Source of the DNA: an uncultured Bacteroidota bacterium
Lineage (GTDB): Bacteria > Bacteroidota > Bacteroidia > Bacteroidales > 4484-276
Direction of reading: 5' to 3'
Assembly: GCA_937950125.1 (NCBI GenBank)
Contig: CALFEP010000039.1
Span: 3,079-67,078, forward strand
Length of the DNA: 64,000 nucleotides
Positions within the stretch are counted from its first letter, which is position 1. Each line of letters starts with the position of its first letter. Below the pieces are notes generated by a model that was not told where the DNA came from, did not search any database, and was given only the letters and a program-made list of their open reading frames with translations. Shown here one piece after another: positions 1 through 10,343 of this stretch. Both the position numbers and the translations under genes were made by a program.

Positions 1-15
1 TTATGGAGAATTATC

Positions 16-1104
16 ATGTATAAAAACCTCATCATTTATTATTTCTCAGGAACGGGCAATGCAAAAAGAGCGGCGGAATGGTTTGCCGATGTTGCACGTT
101 TACAAGGGATTAATACAATAATTGTTAATATTGACCGGTTTACTGAAATCACTCTTCCTGCAGTTGAAGGCAAAACCCTGATTGGTTTTTTTTCGCCAAC
201 ACATGGTTTTAACCTGCCTCCCATCATGTTGAAATTTATTTACAAATTTCCACGAAGGAAAAATACCTGTGTTTTCATCCTCAATACAAGGGCTGGACTA
301 AAATTATCGAAATTGTTTGTTCCCGGGCTGAGCGGTCTGGCTCAATTCTTCCCGGCAATGATGCTTTTTTTGAAAGGTTACAGGATTGTAGGCATGCAGC
401 CGATGGACCTGCCGTCAAACTGGATTTCGCTGCATCCCGGTGTGAAGCAAAAAGTTGTGACCTCCATTTTTGAAAGGTGTGAACGGATCACAAAAAAATT
501 TTCAGAACGGATTCTTTCAGGAAAAACCAAATACAAAGCCCTGCTTTCAACACCTTTCGACCTGGCTGTTGCCCCCATCGCGCTTGGCTATTATTTTATT
601 GGCAGGTTTGGAATTGCCAAAACTTTTGTTGCATCCAAAAACTGCAACGGCTGTGAGCTTTGCTTTAAACAATGCCCCGTGAATGCCATCAGAATGGTTG
701 ATAGCAGGCCTTTCTGGACGTTTCGCTGCGAAAGCTGCATGCGTTGTATGAACACCTGCCCCGAACGCGCCATCGAAACGGCACAGGGTTTTACAGCCCT
801 GATTTGGTGGTTGATATTAGGGGTGATTGTTCCCTGGATCGCAAAAGAATTTTATGGAATAAAAATTTTCAGCATGAACAGCGAAAGCTGGCAGGCCGGA
901 TTGCTTGAAACCCTTGCCGGCTCGGAAATTGGCCTTGCTGTTGTTTGGGCAGGTTACCAGGTGATGCATTACCTGATGCGCTTTCCTTATTTTGAAAAAC
1001 TGATAATCTACACCTCATTAACAAAATATAAATTCTGGAGAAGGTACAAAGCACCGAAAATGCCAAAAAGGGTTGATGCTGTTCAGGAATACACCAAAAC
1101 CTAA
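16..1104 (+). CDS. Flavodoxin-like domain fused to a 2x[4Fe-4S] ferredoxin domain, with C-terminal membrane segments (EFR1-family-like ferredoxin)
   Basis: N-terminus IIYYFSGTGNAK is a flavodoxin-like phosphate loop. Two CxxCxxCxxxCP clusters are present (CNGCELCFKQCP, CESCMRCMNTCP). The tail is hydrophobic (LIWWLILGVIVPWI). Confidence 0.7.
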   Translation: MYKNLIIYYFSGTGNAKRAAEWFADVARLQGINTIIVNIDRFTEITLPAVEGKTLIGFFSPTHGFNLPPIMLKFIYKFPRRKNTCVFILNTRAGLKLSKLFVPGLSGLAQFFPAMMLFLKGYRIVGMQPMDLPSNWISLHPGVKQKVVTSIFERCERITKKFSERILSGKTKYKALLSTPFDLAVAPIALGYYFIGRFGIAKTFVASKNCNGCELCFKQCPVNAIRMVDSRPFWTFRCESCMRCMNTCPERAIETAQGFTALIWWLILGVIVPWIAKEFYGIKIFSMNSESWQAGLLETLAGSEIGLAVVWAGYQVMHYLMRFPYFEKLIIYTSLTKYKFWRRYKAPKMPKRVDAVQEYTKT

Positions 1105-1139
1105 CAGCCCCTTCCGTGCGGGGCTGTTAGGTTTTTTTT
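1103..1139. terminator. Rho-independent terminator hairpin between convergent genes
   Basis: AACAGCCCC (1103-1111) pairs with GGGGCTGTT (1120-1128) around an 8-nt loop. A run of 8 T follows at 1132-1139. Confidence 0.6.
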
Positions 1140-1169
1140 ATTACATAAATTCCTGATAACGAAAGAAAC

Positions 1170-4082
1170 TTACCTTTTCAAAACTACTTTCTTCGTTTCC
1201 GAAAATTCGCTCCCGAAAAGCCTTACAAGGTAAACTCCTTCAGGAAAATCTGACAGATTTATGGTTCTGTTGGTTTTAGCTGAAGCGTTTAATTCATCAA
1301 AAACAACATTACCCTGAACGTTTAATATCTGCAAACGCGAATCAGCATCTGAGTTGATTGATACCGTAAATATTCCGGTTGAAGGATTCGGATAAACGGA
1401 AAAAATACTGCCGGAAGTTACAACAGTTTCTCCAGTATTTTCAAGCATATCCACCCTAACATCATCGATAAAAAGGTTGTTGCCAATAATTTTCACTGAT
1501 TCGAACATGATTTTTACGTTTTCATGACCAGCTGCCATGGAAACATCAATTGAATAACAATCGGCGCCAAAACCGGGGCCACACCAATCCTCGGGTGTTT
1601 GAGGGATGAAACTCTGGTTAAGTGGTTCACGTGTTACGAAATTACCTGAACCATCGTCGGCAACCGACATCAACCTTATCCAGGTATCACCACAATCGAG
1701 CGAAATTTTTACAACAAGTGAATCGGTGTATGTTAGATTGGTGCGTGCATAAGCATGTTTAAAATTCAGAAAATAATTGCCGGCAGCCGACATGTTTATT
1801 GGCGGGCTGATGAGCCTGTCGTGCTGGTTGAAAGCGTAATAATTGTAAAAATTAATGCCCGCTGCTTTATTTCCGGCACCACTTCCTTCAACATTCCACA
1901 CCGACCAGGTGACGCCGTTATCAGGATTTTCCACCGTCCAGCCGGCATCTTCAAGGGTAACCGATTCAAATGTGCCTACAAATGCCGGTGAGTTGATGCC
2001 TCCGGCAAAAATGTAATTCTCTTTGGTAAGCGCAGCGCTACCATTGGCATTGGTTGTTGTGAGTGTTACTGAAAATAATCCCGATTGGCTGAACAACACT
2101 TCAGGATTTTGAGATGTTGCTGAAGTCCCGTTCACGAATTCAAAGCCCGAGGGTGAGATTTCCCACAGCCAGCCGGTTGGACAAACCAGGGACTGATCCA
2201 TGAAATTTACAGTTCCGCCTGTACAAACCATTGTATCAGCCGCCATAAAGTGAACTTCCGGCATTGAACTGGTGCTGACCGTGATCATATTTTCGAAAAC
2301 TTTGGTATTGCTGCCATATTGGTTGGTTACAGTAAGGGTTACATCATAAACTCCAGCGTTTTGATACAAAATTCCTTCAGGATGCTGTTGATCCGATGTT
2401 GACGGCTGCCCGCCTTCAAATGTCCACAACCAGTTTTCGACTTCACAAACCGAATGGTCAGTAAAATCAACACTGCAGTTTTCGGTAATCAGACTGGCAG
2501 AAACAGAATAATCAGCAACCGGTGGTTTTTTCAGGTTCACTTCAAAAGTGATGGTCTGACCAAGTTCGCCAATGTTAAAAATATCCATTCCGGCAGGTTG
2601 ACCATTCGACAAAAAGCCCTGTGGATTCGTGTTGTCATTAAACTCAGTTCTTCCAAAATCAGCTGCAAAAGCTGCCTGACTGAGATTCCCGTTAACAGTG
2701 AGTGTTCCGTTGGGACGATAAATATACACCTCATCAGGGGGTCCCTGGGCATTTCCATTTCCTTCCTCAAGCAGATTTATTTTATAAATGATCAGGCCTG
2801 ATGAAGGCAATGTTCCTTCAAATGTTCCATCTTTTATCCGGTATTCGAGTACAAAAATATCGGTGACCGAATTGGGAGACGCAATTTTGAAGCAATTGTT
2901 AAACTCTGAGGTTAAGGGGTTTAAAGTATAAGTTCCGCACTCGGTAATTTCAGGAATCTCATCAATCCACTGGCCGTAACGGTATTTCATGTAGGCGCCC
3001 ATCAACTGGGGCGGGTTGTGATTGGCACACATTACGTCCCAATCACCCACCGCATCAACAGGTTGTGAAGTATAATGGTAGAGATCGGGAGCTCCAAGCG
3101 AATGGTTCATTTCGTGGCACAAAACTCCGTTACCACTCGATGTGAGATGATTTTGAATCTGGAAATTGTAATCGTAAACCCTTTTTCCGTTGATATAAAC
3201 ATTTTGACTGTAGAGTACCCAACGATGTGGCCAGAGCAGTGTTGCCCAGGCTGTGGTGGCTCCTTTTACAATAAAAACCATGTTGTCAACATTGCCGTCG
3301 TTGTTATAATCGATGTCCAAATCATCGGGTACCTCAGCTTCAACGTAAAGTATGGCACGTTTCAGCAATGCATGCTCCCTGGCAGCTACCTCACCTTCCT
3401 GGTAACCCTGTGGATTTGTAATAGGATCGTAAGGCATGTAATATGCCCTTGGATAAATATCCTGATACGAAATCACCGTATTGGCCGGTGGAACCGGGTA
3501 AAAAAACGAAGGTACGGAAAGCTTGTTGTAAGATGCAAAACGGAAATAATTCAACATGGAACTGTACCCTGGTTCCGTGTTATTGAACATATTGGTAAAA
3601 AGGGTAGTGTCTTCGGTGTATTCAGTCTGGTCGCTGAAACGGATATAAACCACCAGATTGTTAAGGGTTCCTATATTCCGACCGCTTCTGTAAGGTTTGT
3701 AACCGGGGTTTGTTGGTGGAACTGGCATCTGTGTTTTCAGGAAATCCGCCCGTTTTTGCTGCATTTTTTCCGGACTGATGTTTATCCAGGGCATAAGACC
3801 AACAGCCACCGGGTCAACCTCACCAACAACAAATGCAGAAGGTTTTAACATGCCGTTTTCGATAACAGCATATGTGTAAAAACCATTTTCGTGATTTTGA
3901 ATGATGGTAAAACCCTTGTCATCATGCAGCCAGTTGTAAAACTCATCACCAGTGGCCAGGCAGGTAATAATTGTTCCATCAGGCTGAGTGATGGTTTGTG
4001 GTTCGTTGGTAAGCCAGGCTGCTGATACCATCAGCTGGCTAAACAACAATAGTGTCAAAATAAAAAATTGAACATGCTTCAT
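1170..4082 (-). CDS. Secreted zinc metalloprotease (HExxH, M6/immune-inhibitor-A-like) with PKD-like repeats and a T9SS C-terminal sorting domain
   Basis: Has an N-terminal signal peptide and the motif LCHEMNHSLGAPDLYH. Repeated beta-sandwich segments occur (VYDVTLTVTN, LFSVTLTTTN). The C-terminus reads VYPNPSTGIFTVSI...GVYLVRL. Confidence 0.75.
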   Translation of the reverse strand: MKHVQFFILTLLLFSQLMVSAAWLTNEPQTITQPDGTIITCLATGDEFYNWLHDDKGFTIIQNHENGFYTYAVIENGMLKPSAFVVGEVDPVAVGLMPWINISPEKMQQKRADFLKTQMPVPPTNPGYKPYRSGRNIGTLNNLVVYIRFSDQTEYTEDTTLFTNMFNNTEPGYSSMLNYFRFASYNKLSVPSFFYPVPPANTVISYQDIYPRAYYMPYDPITNPQGYQEGEVAAREHALLKRAILYVEAEVPDDLDIDYNNDGNVDNMVFIVKGATTAWATLLWPHRWVLYSQNVYINGKRVYDYNFQIQNHLTSSGNGVLCHEMNHSLGAPDLYHYTSQPVDAVGDWDVMCANHNPPQLMGAYMKYRYGQWIDEIPEITECGTYTLNPLTSEFNNCFKIASPNSVTDIFVLEYRIKDGTFEGTLPSSGLIIYKINLLEEGNGNAQGPPDEVYIYRPNGTLTVNGNLSQAAFAADFGRTEFNDNTNPQGFLSNGQPAGMDIFNIGELGQTITFEVNLKKPPVADYSVSASLITENCSVDFTDHSVCEVENWLWTFEGGQPSTSDQQHPEGILYQNAGVYDVTLTVTNQYGSNTKVFENMITVSTSSMPEVHFMAADTMVCTGGTVNFMDQSLVCPTGWLWEISPSGFEFVNGTSATSQNPEVLFSQSGLFSVTLTTTNANGSAALTKENYIFAGGINSPAFVGTFESVTLEDAGWTVENPDNGVTWSVWNVEGSGAGNKAAGINFYNYYAFNQHDRLISPPINMSAAGNYFLNFKHAYARTNLTYTDSLVVKISLDCGDTWIRLMSVADDGSGNFVTREPLNQSFIPQTPEDWCGPGFGADCYSIDVSMAAGHENVKIMFESVKIIGNNLFIDDVRVDMLENTGETVVTSGSIFSVYPNPSTGIFTVSINSDADSRLQILNVQGNVVFDELNASAKTNRTINLSDFPEGVYLVRLFGSEFSETKKVVLKR

Positions 4083-4169
4083 AAATAGTAATTTAAGTTT
4101 TTAATAGTAAGTTCGACTTGGCAAAGTAATTAAAAATGCCGGCGACAGAAAAATAATTCAGTCAGGAAA

Positions 4170-4502
4170 ATGTTTATTTGCATCAAAAAAAAACTGAGCA
4201 TGGCAAATAAAACATCGCAACATATACTTAGTACATCGGCAAACCTGCTGGGTTTCTGTCTTTTCATCATCACTTCGCTTCATCTTGGCGACAAAACCGA
4301 AAACAATCTGGTTGATGAATTTACCTCAGTTATTGCTCTGCTTTTAACCATTTCATCTGTCTTATCTTTTGTTTCTATCAGAACGGAAAAGTTTAAAATG
4401 GAGCAGAAGTTTGAAAAAATTGCCGATTACTTTTTTCTGGTTTCATTGCTTGGCATATTTGCCATCATCATTTTCATCTTCATTAGTTTCTGGGATCATT
4501 AA
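4170..4502 (+). CDS. Small hypothetical membrane protein (3 predicted TM segments)
   Basis: The ORF has three hydrophobic stretches and no recognisable family. An alternative start exists at 4200 (MANKTSQ). Confidence 0.4.
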   Translation: MFICIKKKLSMANKTSQHILSTSANLLGFCLFIITSLHLGDKTENNLVDEFTSVIALLLTISSVLSFVSIRTEKFKMEQKFEKIADYFFLVSLLGIFAIIIFIFISFWDH

Positions 4503-4660
4503 AGTAATTTAATAAAAAAATCCTCGTCGCTGTTCCCGATTTTACCCCATAATTATTGAGATTATGGCCTCAACCCAGCCAAAACCCAAAAATTTTTCCA
4601 CTTCTGGCTGAATTTAAAAATTCATAATCAGCCACAACTCATCTTCAAAAATGCGGTTTC

Positions 4661-7033
4661 CTAAAATCTTACCCTGAAAAACATCATCGGGAAAAATCCC
4701 TGCTGGTAATCGGTTTTGATTTCGCCCGTTAACGGGTTGTAAATCTGCTGGAAAATGTTTTGGTGGTTGGTCACATTCTTAATTTCGATGGCCAGTTCCT
4801 GGTCGAGTTTTTTCATGTTCATGTTGAAACTGATTCGCAAATCCAGTGTAAAATAAGGATCGTACTGCAACTCGTAGGCCTGCGACCAGTCATATTCTGT
4901 GCGGTTTTTACGAACAGATTCCTCCAGATCGATGGGTGTATAGCGCTTGCCGCCGGCATACACCGACCTGAGATTGGCCGAGAGGGTGTTGTTTTTCCCG
5001 ATCCTGAATTCGTAGCCACCCAGCAGGTTGAAAACAAAATTTCCGTTAAATGCCGTGTTTCTCAGCACTTCATCGTATCCTCGGTATTTTGAATCGAAAA
5101 GTGAAGAGGTAAACAGAAAATAGTAGCCGTTGTTAAGAAACCTTTCCAGGGTAAGTTCAAGTCCGTAATTGTGGCCGGTTCCCTGGTTTACAAGGCTGTC
5201 TTCGAGGGTGATGGCGAAAAAATCGCCCTCATTCAGCATCGAAAATTCAGGCAGGCTTTCCTTTACAGGAATTTTGTATAAGTACTGGTAATAGCTTTCA
5301 ATTTTTATACGCATCGGCCCCGGAAAATGATAATCATACCCCAGTACCCACTGGTGACTTTTCGAAAAACCCATATCGCGGTTGGTTTCCACAAACGATC
5401 CATCCTGAAGTTTTGTTCTGGTAAAATAGTTCATCTTGGGCTGGGTTTGGTTGGTAAGGCCATAAGCAAAACTCAGGGTATGATCGGGAAGGAAGTCCCA
5501 TGCCACACCAGCCCTTGGCTCCAGCGCCAAGCTGCTGTTCAGCGAAAACTGCTGAAGGTGCACACCGCTATTGAGCGTGAGAACATCAGAAAACCTGTGT
5601 TGCCATTGAATATAAGTTTGAAAAAGTCCGAGATAGCCTTCCGAATTCGTTCGGATTTTGAAAATGTTCTCATCAAAAACGCTGTCAACATAATACGTAT
5701 CGAACAATTCACAGATCAGCCCGGCAGCGATGTTGTCGCGACTATCGAATTTATGCGACAAGTGTGAGGATACCGAGTATGTAATTTCACGAAAGTCGGA
5801 GAAATAAAAATCCATTTTCTCAAGCGGGTCGATGCTTTTAATTGAATCAATGGCTGCAATGCTTTCGGCTAACTGGAACGACAGATTGGTTTTCAGCCGG
5901 GTATCGGGATTAAAAAAATAGGTGTTTGAAATGCCGACAGCTCCCATCTTTGATTCATAATCGGTGTCGGTGCCGGCCATTCCAAACGAAAATTCATCTT
6001 CCTCCTTTTCGCTGTCGTATAGTTTGATATTGCTTTTTCCCATGATCCCGAAAGCAGAGAATTTTCCCCATTTTTTGGTTGGGAAATTCAGTTTGAATGA
6101 AAAATCCTGGTATTCGGGAATTGAGCTGCCGGCAACGAAATCGATGCCCAGGGCATGAAAAACTTCAAGTGTTGAAAACCGGTAGGCCGCCAGGTATGAT
6201 GAATTGTGTTTTTTATTGAAAGGACCTTCAGCGCCAAGCTCAAAACCATTAAAACCAATCTGTGCAGTATGTTCGTGTTTTTCGTTGTTGCCAGGCCGCA
6301 TTTGCAAATCAAAAACTCCCGAGGTAGCATTGCCATATTCAGCCGGAAAAGCACCGGTAAAAAAATCGGAGTTGGCAAGCAGGTTATTGTTCAGGATGCT
6401 GATAGGCCCTCCGGTTGTTCCCAAAGAGCCAAAATGGTTTGGATTGGGAATGGTAACACCCTCCAGCCGCCAGAGCAAACCAAGCGGCGAGTTTCCGCGA
6501 ATGATGATGTCGTTTCTTGAATCGTCGATAAGGGTAACACCAGCAAAATTGGATGCCATACGAGAAGGATCGCCGTAGCTGCCGGCATAACGGCTGGTTT
6601 CTTCCACCGAAAACGATCTTGCACTTACGGTGGCCATTTTGTTAATGGGTTTTTCTTTTTCAGCCTCGGCTTTTATCACAACCTCTGATGCAATGATGTA
6701 GCTTTCTTCAAGATCAATTTTTAAAACAAGCTCTTTTCCTGATGTAAGCATCATATTATTAAGGTTTGCAGTTTTATAACCGATAAATGAAACCTGCAGA
6801 TCAACACGTCCGACAGGAATTTTTTCGAGTCTGAAATTGCCGTCCGCATCTGTTGAAGTACCCATTAACGGGTCGGTTCCCGGAATGATCACCGTTGCTC
6901 CGGGCAAAGGAGATTGATTGACTTTGTCGAGCACCTTGCCGCGTATGGTTTGTGTATAAAAACCAGTTTGACCAAACACCCCCGATAAGGTGGCAAAAAA
7001 CAGCAAGGAAAACATAAAACCCGGTTTCTTCAT
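4661..7033 (-). CDS. TonB-dependent outer-membrane receptor with an N-terminal carboxypeptidase-regulatory-like domain
   Basis: Signal peptide is followed by IRGKVLDKVNQSPLPGATVII (CarboxypepD_reg). A plug region (IIIRGNSPLG) is present. The C-terminal beta-barrel ends in aromatic residues, ...FFRVRF. Confidence 0.8.
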   Translation of the reverse strand: MKKPGFMFSLLFFATLSGVFGQTGFYTQTIRGKVLDKVNQSPLPGATVIIPGTDPLMGTSTDADGNFRLEKIPVGRVDLQVSFIGYKTANLNNMMLTSGKELVLKIDLEESYIIASEVVIKAEAEKEKPINKMATVSARSFSVEETSRYAGSYGDPSRMASNFAGVTLIDDSRNDIIIRGNSPLGLLWRLEGVTIPNPNHFGSLGTTGGPISILNNNLLANSDFFTGAFPAEYGNATSGVFDLQMRPGNNEKHEHTAQIGFNGFELGAEGPFNKKHNSSYLAAYRFSTLEVFHALGIDFVAGSSIPEYQDFSFKLNFPTKKWGKFSAFGIMGKSNIKLYDSEKEEDEFSFGMAGTDTDYESKMGAVGISNTYFFNPDTRLKTNLSFQLAESIAAIDSIKSIDPLEKMDFYFSDFREITYSVSSHLSHKFDSRDNIAAGLICELFDTYYVDSVFDENIFKIRTNSEGYLGLFQTYIQWQHRFSDVLTLNSGVHLQQFSLNSSLALEPRAGVAWDFLPDHTLSFAYGLTNQTQPKMNYFTRTKLQDGSFVETNRDMGFSKSHQWVLGYDYHFPGPMRIKIESYYQYLYKIPVKESLPEFSMLNEGDFFAITLEDSLVNQGTGHNYGLELTLERFLNNGYYFLFTSSLFDSKYRGYDEVLRNTAFNGNFVFNLLGGYEFRIGKNNTLSANLRSVYAGGKRYTPIDLEESVRKNRTEYDWSQAYELQYDPYFTLDLRISFNMNMKKLDQELAIEIKNVTNHQNIFQQIYNPLTGEIKTDYQQGFFPMMFFRVRF

Positions 7034-7060
7034 ACAGTTATTCGGTTTATTTATAAATGG

Positions 7061-8248
7061 TTACGATACCTTTTCAGGCTCAATTGCTTCGGTTGGGCAC
7101 ACCTGATAACAAAGCGAGCAGCCGGTGCATTTTTCAAAATTTATCCAATATTTTCCTTCCGTTTTTTGGATGGCCTGGTAAGCGGCATCACGGCATGAAA
7201 CGTAACAATTGCCACAATGGTTACACTTTTCTTGTATAATCCTGAATTTCACGTCAAAATCCTTGCTCAGTTCCGAAAAATGCTTAATACTTGACGCCCC
7301 CTTTCCTACGAAGTCCGCAACATTTTCAAAACCATGCCAGCCCATAAATTCCGATAATTCCTTTTTCATTTTTACCAAAATATCGTAACCATGAAGCATA
7401 ACTTCGGTGCATACATGCGTTACCGGAGCGCCTAACAGAAGAAATTCGACAGCATCATATCCTGAGGAAATGCCTCCGCCGGCCATCACCGGCAAGCCCG
7501 GCGATTTTACCAGATCGTTTACACATCGCAGGGCAATGGGTTTAATTGCCGGTCCGGAGAAACCTCCCGGTGTGGTGTATCCATCCACCGAGGCTAATGG
7601 CTGAAGGGTTTTCAGGTTAAAGCCCATCAGCGATGGAATGGTGTTGATGGCCGAAATGCCGTCGGCGCCTGCATTTTTTACATGTTCGCCAATCCATGAA
7701 ATATCAGTAACGGCTGCCGAAAGCTTTGGAATAACAGGTATGGTAATTTCAGACGATTCTTTCACCCACCGGGTAATCTGTTCCGAAAAAGCAGGATTTT
7801 GCCCGATGGCACTGCCCATCCCCTTTTCGGGATAACCGTGCGGGCACGAAAAATTCAGTTCCACAAAGTCGGCGCCCGCATCCTGACAGCCTTTTGTAAG
7901 CGAAATCCACTGTTCCTTGTTTCCCGCATTACCCATCACACTGCCGATAATGATTTTTTCAGGAAAATCCTTTTTCAGTTTGTAAATATCATCAAACCAT
8001 TGCTGTGGGCTGGTTTCACTTAAAAGCTCGATGTTTTTAAAAGCATAAATCCGTTTTCCGGTTTTAAGACTGGCAAAACGGTTTTTCAGGTTAATTACCG
8101 GCTCAGGGTCTAAAGTTTTGATAACCGCTCCTGCCCAACCGGCTTCAAATCCTTTACGTATCATGGCAGCTGTGGCAGTTGGTGGCCCTGACGCAAGAAT
8201 AAACGGATTTTCAAAATCTTTGTCGAGGAATCTTGTCGAAATTTTCAT
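7061..8248 (-). CDS. Dihydroorotate/dihydropyrimidine dehydrogenase-like TIM-barrel flavoprotein with a C-terminal 2x[4Fe-4S] ferredoxin domain (PreA-like)
   Basis: Shows NPFILASGPPT, LNFSCPHG and GGISSG motifs typical of the DHOD/DPD family. The C-terminus has CNHCGNCYVSC and CTGCSLCYQVCP. Confidence 0.75.
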   Translation of the reverse strand: MKISTRFLDKDFENPFILASGPPTATAAMIRKGFEAGWAGAVIKTLDPEPVINLKNRFASLKTGKRIYAFKNIELLSETSPQQWFDDIYKLKKDFPEKIIIGSVMGNAGNKEQWISLTKGCQDAGADFVELNFSCPHGYPEKGMGSAIGQNPAFSEQITRWVKESSEITIPVIPKLSAAVTDISWIGEHVKNAGADGISAINTIPSLMGFNLKTLQPLASVDGYTTPGGFSGPAIKPIALRCVNDLVKSPGLPVMAGGGISSGYDAVEFLLLGAPVTHVCTEVMLHGYDILVKMKKELSEFMGWHGFENVADFVGKGASSIKHFSELSKDFDVKFRIIQEKCNHCGNCYVSCRDAAYQAIQKTEGKYWINFEKCTGCSLCYQVCPTEAIEPEKVS

Positions 8249-8320
8249 GAGTCTGATTTTTTCGATAAAAGTAAAAAAATGATCATTGCAACCACCAATA
8301 TCGCCAAAACCCGCTGACTG

Positions 8321-8351
8321 CGATAGTATCGCTCCAGGCGATGCTACCGCT
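8321..8351. repeat. 31-nt palindrome-containing interspersed repeat, copy A
   Basis: CGATAGTATCGCTCCAGGCGATGCTACCGCT matches 11773-11803 at 30 of 31 positions. Confidence 0.8.
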
Positions 8352-8485
8352 AAAAATGGGATGCTATAACTAAAACCACTTATGCCAGGACTTCACAAAA
8401 GCATCATCTACCAGGTTCTTTTACCCAACCTCAACCCCGTCATCAAGAATTGGAATATTCCTATTTTTGCGCAAATTTCATTGCA

Positions 8486-8965
8486 ATGATCAGAATCGAC
8501 GATGAATTATTAAACCAGACAACTGCCAAAGCCAGGGGTATTCCGCGTTTGCGGATGAACTACAATTTTCATCCAAACCACGAGGATACCATCAATCGCT
8601 TGCTTAACGCGATGGAGCCCTGGACTTACATTCAACCTCACAAACACGAAAATCCGGATCGTTTCGAGGTATTTCTGGCGCTGCGTGGAAGATTTGTAGT
8701 GTTTAATTTTGATGAAAACGGAAACATAGCCGACCACGCCATCCTGGATGCACGCGAAGGAAAATACGGTGTTGAAATTCCACCAAGGACCTATCACACC
8801 CTTTTTTCCCTTGAATCCAACTCGGTGGCCTACGAAATCAAGGAAGGACCTTTTATTCCGGGGGTTACCAAAAATGTAGCCCCGTGGGCCCCGGCAGAAG
8901 GCGATCCGGAGGTTATTCCCTACATGAAAAGTTTGCTCAAACAGGTTGATATTCAATACATTTAA
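8486..8965 (+). CDS. WbuC-family cupin-fold metalloprotein
   Basis: YIQPHKHENPDRFEVFLALRG is a cupin His/Glu pattern. The ATG at 8486 is preferred over the 8450 ORF start because a TATTTTTG -7-like box lies at 8462-8469. Confidence 0.6.
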   Translation: MIRIDDELLNQTTAKARGIPRLRMNYNFHPNHEDTINRLLNAMEPWTYIQPHKHENPDRFEVFLALRGRFVVFNFDENGNIADHAILDAREGKYGVEIPPRTYHTLFSLESNSVAYEIKEGPFIPGVTKNVAPWAPAEGDPEVIPYMKSLLKQVDIQYI

Positions 8966-8971
8966 CACATT

Positions 8972-10324
8972 ATGAAAATAAACACCTTTTTTCGGAAACA
9001 ACCACTTCTTTACGAAATTGTCAGCCCTCTGAACAAGTTTGTGAAAATGGAGGCCTTCAGCGGCATTGTGCTCATTTTTGTAACCATTGTTGCGCTTATC
9101 GTTGCCAATTCGGGTTTTTCGGATTTGTATTTTGGTTTTTTTCAAAAGAAAATAACATTAGCTGTTGAAGGTTTCAGCATTGACAAACCGCTCATTTTGT
9201 GGATCAACGACGGGCTGATGGCTGTTTTTTTCCTGCTGGTAGGTTTGGAAATAAAACGTGAAACCATGACAGGCGAACTATCCACATTCAGAAAAGCGGC
9301 ACTACCAGCATTTGCAGCCATTGGAGGAATGGCTGTTCCGGCACTGTTTTATACTGTGTTCAATTTCAACGGTGAAGGTGCTTCCGGTTGGGGCATTCCG
9401 ATGGCCACCGACATTGCTTTTGCGCTGGGAATTCTTACTTTGTTGGGCAGCCGGGTTCCGGTATCGCTCAAGCTGTTTCTCACAGCCCTTGCCATCGTTG
9501 ACGATCTGGGTGCAGTAACGGTTATTGCACTTTTTTACACGTCCAAATTGTCGGTAGGTGCGCTCATTACTGCAGCAGCAATTTTTGGTGTGTTAATCAC
9601 CCTAAACACCTTAAAAGTTTATCGTATTTCGATTTATCTTTTTCTTGGATTTTTCCTTTGGGTTGCATTGCTGAAATCCGGAGTACACGCAACTATTGCC
9701 GGTGTGCTGCTGGCCATCGCCATTCCCGGAAAAGCTAAAAGGAACGTCAACGAATGCATCAGTTCCAACGAATCGCTGCTCAACCGCCTGAAAGATGAAC
9801 GGGAGGCTGACCCCGATGACCCGAAAAAATCAAAAAAACTGGTCAATGCCATTTTCACCATCGAAGATAACTGCACACACGCTGTTTCGCCGCTTTTACG
9901 CCTCGAACATTCGCTTCATTCGTGGGTAGCTTATTTTATCATCCCGGTATTTGCGTTTGCCAATGCCGGGCTAATTTTTAAAAGTGAGTTGATGAGTGAT
10001 ATCGGAAACCCAATTTCAGTGGGTATTTTTGCCGGTCTTGTTCTTGGAAAGCCTGTCGGGATTGCATTTTTTACCTGGCTTGCAACAAAACTTCAAGTTG
10101 CAAGCTTGCCGGAAGGCGTGAAGTGGAAACAGATTATTGGTGTTGGATTTATTGGAGGAATTGGTTTTACCATGTCAATTTTCATCAACAATCTGGCTTT
10201 TGCCACTAATACCTACAACATCGAAGTGGCTAAAATCGGAATATTGTTCTCATCATTAATAGCCGGAATCATTGGATACATGGTTCTGTTCAACAGTTCA
10301 GAAAAATTGGTTGAAAAAAAGTAA
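8972..10324 (+). CDS. nhaA: Na+/H+ antiporter NhaA
   Basis: Full-length polytopic protein with NhaA hallmarks: WINDGLMAVFFLLVGLEIKRE and LTALAIVDDLGAV. Confidence 0.9.
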   Translation: MKINTFFRKQPLLYEIVSPLNKFVKMEAFSGIVLIFVTIVALIVANSGFSDLYFGFFQKKITLAVEGFSIDKPLILWINDGLMAVFFLLVGLEIKRETMTGELSTFRKAALPAFAAIGGMAVPALFYTVFNFNGEGASGWGIPMATDIAFALGILTLLGSRVPVSLKLFLTALAIVDDLGAVTVIALFYTSKLSVGALITAAAIFGVLITLNTLKVYRISIYLFLGFFLWVALLKSGVHATIAGVLLAIAIPGKAKRNVNECISSNESLLNRLKDEREADPDDPKKSKKLVNAIFTIEDNCTHAVSPLLRLEHSLHSWVAYFIIPVFAFANAGLIFKSELMSDIGNPISVGIFAGLVLGKPVGIAFFTWLATKLQVASLPEGVKWKQIIGVGFIGGIGFTMSIFINNLAFATNTYNIEVAKIGILFSSLIAGIIGYMVLFNSSEKLVEKK

Positions 10325-10343
10325 TCAGTAAAAAAAATAAAAG